A stretch of 64,000 bases of DNA from NCBI GenBank assembly GCA_963729715.1, contig CAVSPA010000004.1, forward strand, positions 512,001 through 576,000, read 5' to 3'. Below are positions 59,070 through 64,000 of the stretch, piece by piece; within the stretch, counting starts at the first letter, position 1, and every line of letters begins with the position of its first letter. The translations under genes and the position numbers were made by a program. The notes below the pieces were generated by a model. That model did not search any database. It was not told where the DNA came from and saw only the letters and a program-made list of their open reading frames with translations. The stretch comes from an uncultured delta proteobacterium. Lineage in GTDB: Bacteria; Desulfobacterota; Syntrophia; Syntrophales; UBA2185.

Positions 59070-60188
59070 TCAGGGCGTCTCTTTAATAGTCACTTGGGCC
59101 CCCGGTATGATCCGCAACTGGCCATCCGTAACTATTCGCTCTCCCGCCCGGATCCCTTTCACTATAGCAGTTTCTCCATTGATGGTGGCTCCTATCGTGA
59201 CAGGTCTCACGTCCGCTGTGAGATCCGGCTTGACGACAAAGACGTATTGCCCTGATTGCCCTGTCTGAATGGCTTGTGAAGGGACGATTATGACGTTGGG
59301 CTCCTTTCTCAACGTCAAGACCACGGTAACGAACTGACCGGGCCAAAGACGCTTTTCGCTGTTGGCGAAAGTTCCCTTGAGGATGATGGTCCCCGTCACT
59401 TTATTTACTGCGTTGTCTATGAAGGTAAGCAGACCTTGCTCGGGTCGTTCATCTTTGTAGATAACGGCTTCCACTTTTAGTTTTTCAATCGCCTGGTACT
59501 TCTTAACTGCGGGCAAATCATTTTCGTTGATGGTGAATGTGACATAGATAGGCTGGATCTGGTTGATGACAACCAGTTCCACGTCATTGGCCTTGACGAT
59601 ATTTCCCTGATTCAGCTTCAGTGACCCCGTCCGCCCGCTAATAGGGGAATGAATAGAGCAGTAATGGACCTGGACGCGATTATTCTCAATAACGGCCTTA
59701 TCTGCCTTCAAAGTAGCTTCCAGCGCGGCCGCATTTGTCCGAACCTGGTCATACTGTTGCCTCGTGACAAATTGTTCCTCCAAAAGGGCCGTATACCGCT
59801 CCAAGTCCAACTGAGCGTTTTTTGCCTGGGCCTCATCCCTTGCCAGATTGGCCTCTGCCTGCTTTACCGCCTCCACGTACGGTCGGCAGTCGAGTTCATA
59901 GAGAAGATATCCCTTGCCAACGTCCTGGCCTTCCTTGAAATTGACTTTCGTTATTTCTCCGGTAATTTGTGCTTTCACCGATATGGTTTGATAGGGTTCG
60001 ACATTCCCGATCGCATTAATCTGCACGGGAATTGTCTTCTCAATTGCGGAAGCTACTACAACAGGCACCGGAGGGGGTACGGGTTTTTCCTTTTTAGAAC
60101 AGCCATAAATTAAGCCGGCAACGACAAATAAGAGAATTAACCATTTTCCCCAGGTGACAAAGAAATTATTTGAAGAACCATCAGTCAT
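59070..60188 (-). CDS. RND membrane-fusion (periplasmic adaptor) protein, MdtA-like
   Basis: Lipoprotein-like ..LIYGC; FKEGQDV, SPISGRTG and LWPGQFV motifs. Confidence 0.93.
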   Translation of the reverse strand: MTDGSSNNFFVTWGKWLILLFVVAGLIYGCSKKEKPVPPPVPVVVASAIEKTIPVQINAIGNVEPYQTISVKAQITGEITKVNFKEGQDVGKGYLLYELDCRPYVEAVKQAEANLARDEAQAKNAQLDLERYTALLEEQFVTRQQYDQVRTNAAALEATLKADKAVIENNRVQVHYCSIHSPISGRTGSLKLNQGNIVKANDVELVVINQIQPIYVTFTINENDLPAVKKYQAIEKLKVEAVIYKDERPEQGLLTFIDNAVNKVTGTIILKGTFANSEKRLWPGQFVTVVLTLRKEPNVIIVPSQAIQTGQSGQYVFVVKPDLTADVRPVTIGATINGETAIVKGIRAGERIVTDGQLRIIPGAQVTIKETP

Positions 60189-60326
60189 TTTGTATTTTCC
60201 TGCCTTGCCTCATATATATTATCCACCGCCCTCACCTCATGTAATACATCTCTACGGCGAAGACCATGGCGCAATACCTTTCCGATTTCACCTCACGGAC
60301 AAAGACACCGGACTAATTGACAGCCC

Positions 60327-61640
60327 TTACGACTGATCGCCTATAACTGCTTTAAGAAGTGTCCCTGTCGCTTTCTTCATCTTCAAAATGGCAACCTGAT
60401 AATTATATACGGCCTCTGAGAGATTCCTTTCTGATGTGACGAGCAATGTGTTCGCATCCATTACATCGAGGCTCTGCGCCAATCCAAACTCGAACTGCTT
60501 CGAGACCGCATTAAAATTGTCCCTCGCATAGACAACTTGGTCTTCCAGGTATTTGAGCGTTCCCTTCTGCGTTACAATGTCCAGATACGCACTTGCGACT
60601 TCAATTCCCACAGACTTTTTAAAGTCTTCGTACGCAAGCGTAGACTGACGCTCCCTTGCCCGCGCCTCCCTGAGGTCCGCCCTTCTGAGTCCCCCCTCAA
60701 AGAAAGGGAAGTTCAATGACAGGAGTCCGTAAGTGCTGTCTCGCACCAGTGTTTGTGTATCCGGCGACTGATCGGAAGATGTATAGACCCCAGAAGCGGA
60801 AACTGTCGGCCAGAATGCACCCTTTGCATACTTGACCTGGTCTTCCGCCATCTTCTTTTGTACCTCAAGACTCTTGAGATCTGCCCTGCCGGCGTATGCC
60901 ATCTCCTCGAAGGAAGATTCAGGTGTAATCTTCATCTCCTCCGGGGGCGCTTCTTTCAGTTGAAAATCTCCTTCGATACCGACCGTACGTGCAAGGACGG
61001 CCTTTGCAAGCTCCAAGGCATTTATTGCCTTGATAGCATCAGATTGAGCGCCGGAAAGTTCCCCCTGGGCGCGAAGCAGCACTGTTTTTGTCACTTCCCC
61101 TACCTTCAAACGCTTTTCCGCGGCATTTCTATATTTGATAAGCCTCTCCAGATTAGACTCAGCGATCTCGAGAGCTTTCTTAGCCTTCATAACATCATAG
61201 TACGCAGAGGCGATACTCAATAGGTAACTTTCCCTCGTGGCATAAAGGTCATGCTGGCTCTTTACAATGTTCGCCCTTGATATCCCAAACGCTGTAAGCT
61301 CTCTCCCGCTTAAAGACACGGACTGATCAGCCCGGACGCCCCATGAGGTTGCAGTATCCGGCTGAAGAAGCGTGCCGACATCATTATATTTCTCGGCGCT
61401 ATATCTTGTGTAATTTCCGAACGCCGATAGTTTTGGGAGCAACGCTGACAGGGCTCTATCCTTGCCCGTCATAGCTATGTTGAGGTCTTCTACCGACAGC
61501 TTAATCCTCTCAGCACGCTCAAGGGCGATACGATAGAGATCATCAAGGGAATATTCTTTGGCATGCACAGAGATGGGCGTAATCGCTGCATTCACGACCA
61601 ATATAACACCGACCACTAAGGAAAGACGCCAATCGTTCAT
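60327..61640 (-). CDS. TolC-family outer-membrane efflux protein
   Basis: Signal peptide; two OEP repeats (LLPKLS, FWPTVS..PFFEGG). Confidence 0.9.
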   Translation of the reverse strand: MNDWRLSLVVGVILVVNAAITPISVHAKEYSLDDLYRIALERAERIKLSVEDLNIAMTGKDRALSALLPKLSAFGNYTRYSAEKYNDVGTLLQPDTATSWGVRADQSVSLSGRELTAFGISRANIVKSQHDLYATRESYLLSIASAYYDVMKAKKALEIAESNLERLIKYRNAAEKRLKVGEVTKTVLLRAQGELSGAQSDAIKAINALELAKAVLARTVGIEGDFQLKEAPPEEMKITPESSFEEMAYAGRADLKSLEVQKKMAEDQVKYAKGAFWPTVSASGVYTSSDQSPDTQTLVRDSTYGLLSLNFPFFEGGLRRADLREARARERQSTLAYEDFKKSVGIEVASAYLDIVTQKGTLKYLEDQVVYARDNFNAVSKQFEFGLAQSLDVMDANTLLVTSERNLSEAVYNYQVAILKMKKATGTLLKAVIGDQS

Positions 61641-62260
61641 TCCGTCAACTCCAGTCCCACCCCTTTGAGAAAGATGTCCGAGACAAAGCCCACCTTACCA
61701 CTCAAAGGTGCATCCTGATTTGTAAGCATCCAGTAATAAAAGAATGACCGGATGATGCCCAAGAGTGTATAAGCCATCATGCGCGAATCCCCGGCCTTCA
61801 ACGTTCTTGTCTCCATCCCGAAGCGCATGATGCTTTCCACAAAAGAGACGTGGTTAAAATAGTCCGCTATAAGTTTGTCCCTCAAAATTGTCCCCTTATC
61901 CGAGAGTGTCAAACCTTCTCCGCGTATAAGAAGGTCGCAGAAAGCGACATTGTTTTCTACGAAATGAAAATGTGATCCCACCAGCTTCTCGATCTTACCC
62001 GTCAGTTCTTCTTCCACGTTTACGGCGTCTCTGATTTCGGAATACATCCTATCAATCTTCTCGCTCACCATGACATTGTACAGGCTTTCCTTGCCCTCAA
62101 AGAACTGATACAGAGTGCCCGTGGCAAAGCCTGATGCGCTGGCAATCTCTGCCATAGTCGTATTATGGAACCCTTTTGCAGCAAATATCTTTTCTGCCTG
62201 ACTGAGAATCTCCGTCCTCCGGAGTTGAAATTCCATCTCTTTTCTTTTTGATTTTTCCAT
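61637..62260 (-). CDS. TetR/AcrR-family transcriptional regulator
   Basis: IFAAKGFHNTTMAEIA..G.ATGTLYQFFEGKESL HTH; start placed at ATG 62260. Confidence 0.93.
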   Translation of the reverse strand: MEKSKRKEMEFQLRRTEILSQAEKIFAAKGFHNTTMAEIASASGFATGTLYQFFEGKESLYNVMVSEKIDRMYSEIRDAVNVEEELTGKIEKLVGSHFHFVENNVAFCDLLIRGEGLTLSDKGTILRDKLIADYFNHVSFVESIMRFGMETRTLKAGDSRMMAYTLLGIIRSFFYYWMLTNQDAPLSGKVGFVSDIFLKGVGLELTE

Positions 62261-62292
62261 CTTGGGGCCAATGTTCAAATAATAGAATGGTC

Positions 62293-62307
62293 ATTCATAT
62301 TATGAAT
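62293..62307. promoter_or_regulatory. Candidate TetR operator
   Basis: Perfect palindrome ATTCATA-T-TATGAAT just upstream of tetR. Confidence 0.5.
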
Positions 62308-62487
62308 TGGCGCTCACATTGATACTAATTACCCGCTTTGTCAAGAAGAATTATCTATTCATAACACGAGAAATTTGCAAAGGAGTTCTATTTTTGCTAA
62401 GAGAAGTAATGTGAGTGCTATTGCTCAAGAGGAAGGGGAAGAACGACCCGGGAAAACAGGATTTCGTCGATTACAGTAAGGGGAAAT

Positions 62488-63441
62488 ATGAAAAAGTCAT
62501 GTCTACTCATCTTGACAATTACAACTCTGACATTCTTGTTTTTTCCAGCCTGTGGGAAGAATGAAAATATGACGGTAGAAGGGAAAAGGCTTAAGGTTGT
62601 AACTACTCTTTTCCCTCTCTACGATTTTGCAAAACAGGTCGGGCGTGAAAGGATAGAAGTAAGCTTACTGCTGCCGCCTGGGGTCGAAGCTCACGCCTTT
62701 GAACCAAGGCCCGCTGATATAAAACGCATTCAGGATGCGGACATTTTTCTTTTCACCAACAGATTCATGGAGCCCTGGGTCGGCGGCCTGCTAAAGGGCA
62801 TTGACACCAGAAGCCTCATCGTCGTCGACACGAGCCAAGGCATCACCCTGTTGCAAAGAACGGATGATAACAACGATGGGGAACACACGCGTCAAGACGA
62901 TTCCGGAAACGCTGATCCCCATATCTGGCTTGATCTTTCGAATGCAATGAGAATGGTTGATACGATTGCATCTCAATTCATTGCCAAAGATCCTCGCGGT
63001 AGCGATTTCTACACTAAAAACGCCGATGAATACAAGAAAAAGCTTGAGGAGCTCGACAAAAAGTATAAGAATACACTATCACATTGCACAAGCAGAGTGA
63101 TCGTCCATGCGGGGCATTTCGCTTTCGGTTATCTAACGAAACGGTATGGCATTATGTATGTCTCTGCGTATAAAGGTTTTTCTCCTGATGCAGAGCCAAC
63201 GCCCAAGAGACTTGTCGAAATCACCAAGAATGTAAGAAAGTACGGTATCAAATACATATATTATGAAGAGCTGTCAGCACCACGAGTCGCCGATGTCATT
63301 GCGAAGGAAACAGGGTGCCGTTTGCTGATGCTTCATGGCTCTCATAATGTGAGCAGGGAAGAAATGGAAAGTGGGGCTACATTTATTTCGCTGATGGAAA
63401 AAAATTTGGAAAACCTTCAGGTGGGATTACAATGCCGGTAG
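62488..63441 (+). CDS. Zn/Mn ABC transporter substrate-binding lipoprotein (ZnuA-like)
   Basis: Lipobox FPAC, PGVEAHAFEP, DPHIWL and HFAFGYL motifs. Confidence 0.93.
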   Translation: MKKSCLLILTITTLTFLFFPACGKNENMTVEGKRLKVVTTLFPLYDFAKQVGRERIEVSLLLPPGVEAHAFEPRPADIKRIQDADIFLFTNRFMEPWVGGLLKGIDTRSLIVVDTSQGITLLQRTDDNNDGEHTRQDDSGNADPHIWLDLSNAMRMVDTIASQFIAKDPRGSDFYTKNADEYKKKLEELDKKYKNTLSHCTSRVIVHAGHFAFGYLTKRYGIMYVSAYKGFSPDAEPTPKRLVEITKNVRKYGIKYIYYEELSAPRVADVIAKETGCRLLMLHGSHNVSREEMESGATFISLMEKNLENLQVGLQCR

Positions 63442-64000
63442 ATGTACTTACGGTCGAAGATCTTTACTTTCGGTATAACTCGTCAGATGTCCTGAGCGGC
63501 ATCTCATTTTCGATTAAGAAAGGCGATTACATAGGCCTAGTCGGACCCAACGGTTCGGGAAAGACAACCTTAGTCAAGGTCATACTTGGTCTGTTAAGGC
63601 CCTACAGCGGCCAGATTACACTATTCGGGGACGACATTGCCTCATTTTCCCGATGGGATAAAGTAGGGTATCTACCGCAGCACATTTCCGCCTTGAATCC
63701 CCGCTTCCCTGCTACGGTCCGTGAAGTAGTTGCCATGGGGCTACTTTCCAAGAAAAGTTTTCCCAAGCATATGAACAGATATGACCATACAACGGTCGAT
63801 AATGCGCTTGACCTCCTCGATATGAAGAGGCTCAAGAATGCGCCGGTAGGGGAACTTTCGGGAGGCCAGCAGCAGCGGGTCCTCGTTGCCAGGGCTATCG
63901 CGAATGATCCTGAATTCCTGATTGTCGATGAACCAACAGATGCATTAGACCCGGAAACAAGGGATCGTTTTTTCGAAATCATGCAGAGCCTGAATAGAGA
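63432..64000 (+). CDS. Metal ABC transporter ATP-binding protein (ZnuC-like), runs off the window end
   Basis: ATG 63432; GPNGSGKTT, GYLPQ, LSGGQQQRV and VDEPT motifs. Confidence 0.92.
   Translation, partial: MPVDVLTVEDLYFRYNSSDVLSGISFSIKKGDYIGLVGPNGSGKTTLVKVILGLLRPYSGQITLFGDDIASFSRWDKVGYLPQHISALNPRFPATVREVVAMGLLSKKSFPKHMNRYDHTTVDNALDLLDMKRLKNAPVGELSGGQQQRVLVARAIANDPEFLIVDEPTDALDPETRDRFFEIMQSLNR

Overview
This is a bacterial chromosome segment. Gene style and order suggest an anaerobic deltaproteobacterium (Desulfobacterota, possibly Syntrophales); that assignment is an inference. From left to right: (i) an operon of DRTGG, HATPase and PHP regulatory genes followed by NuoE-like, 2Fe-2S ferredoxin and a NuoF-GltD fusion, with no hydrogenase or formate dehydrogenase catalytic subunit; (ii) MBL hydrolase, LysM amidase and metF; (iii) tRNA-Arg(CCG), followed by a ~10.3 kb island bounded by a 47-bp direct repeat of the tRNA 3' half; (iv) housekeeping genes rpsF-rpsR-DUF2232-rplI-dnaB, rpoH/clpB-htpX and ispE-tRNA-Gln-prs-rplY-pth-ychF; (v) a sigma54 activator, cNMP-binding protein, K+ channel and EF-G paralogue; (vi) small non-autonomous palindromic elements; (vii) a CHASE2 Ser/Thr kinase-PP2C-FHA operon separated from its likely promoter by a frameshift-type ISL3; (viii) a TetR-TolC-MFP-RND efflux operon and the start of a ZnuAC-type ABC transporter. 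The island has no integrase. It carries HicAB, integron attC-like sites around secreted DUF4352-like genes, an IS256 with its target duplication, and a group II intron whose RT gene is cut exactly at the right att site. The island and the NuoF-GltD operon are the most interesting parts. No CRISPR array or rRNA gene was seen. All protein calls come from motif recognition by eye; no database searches were run.
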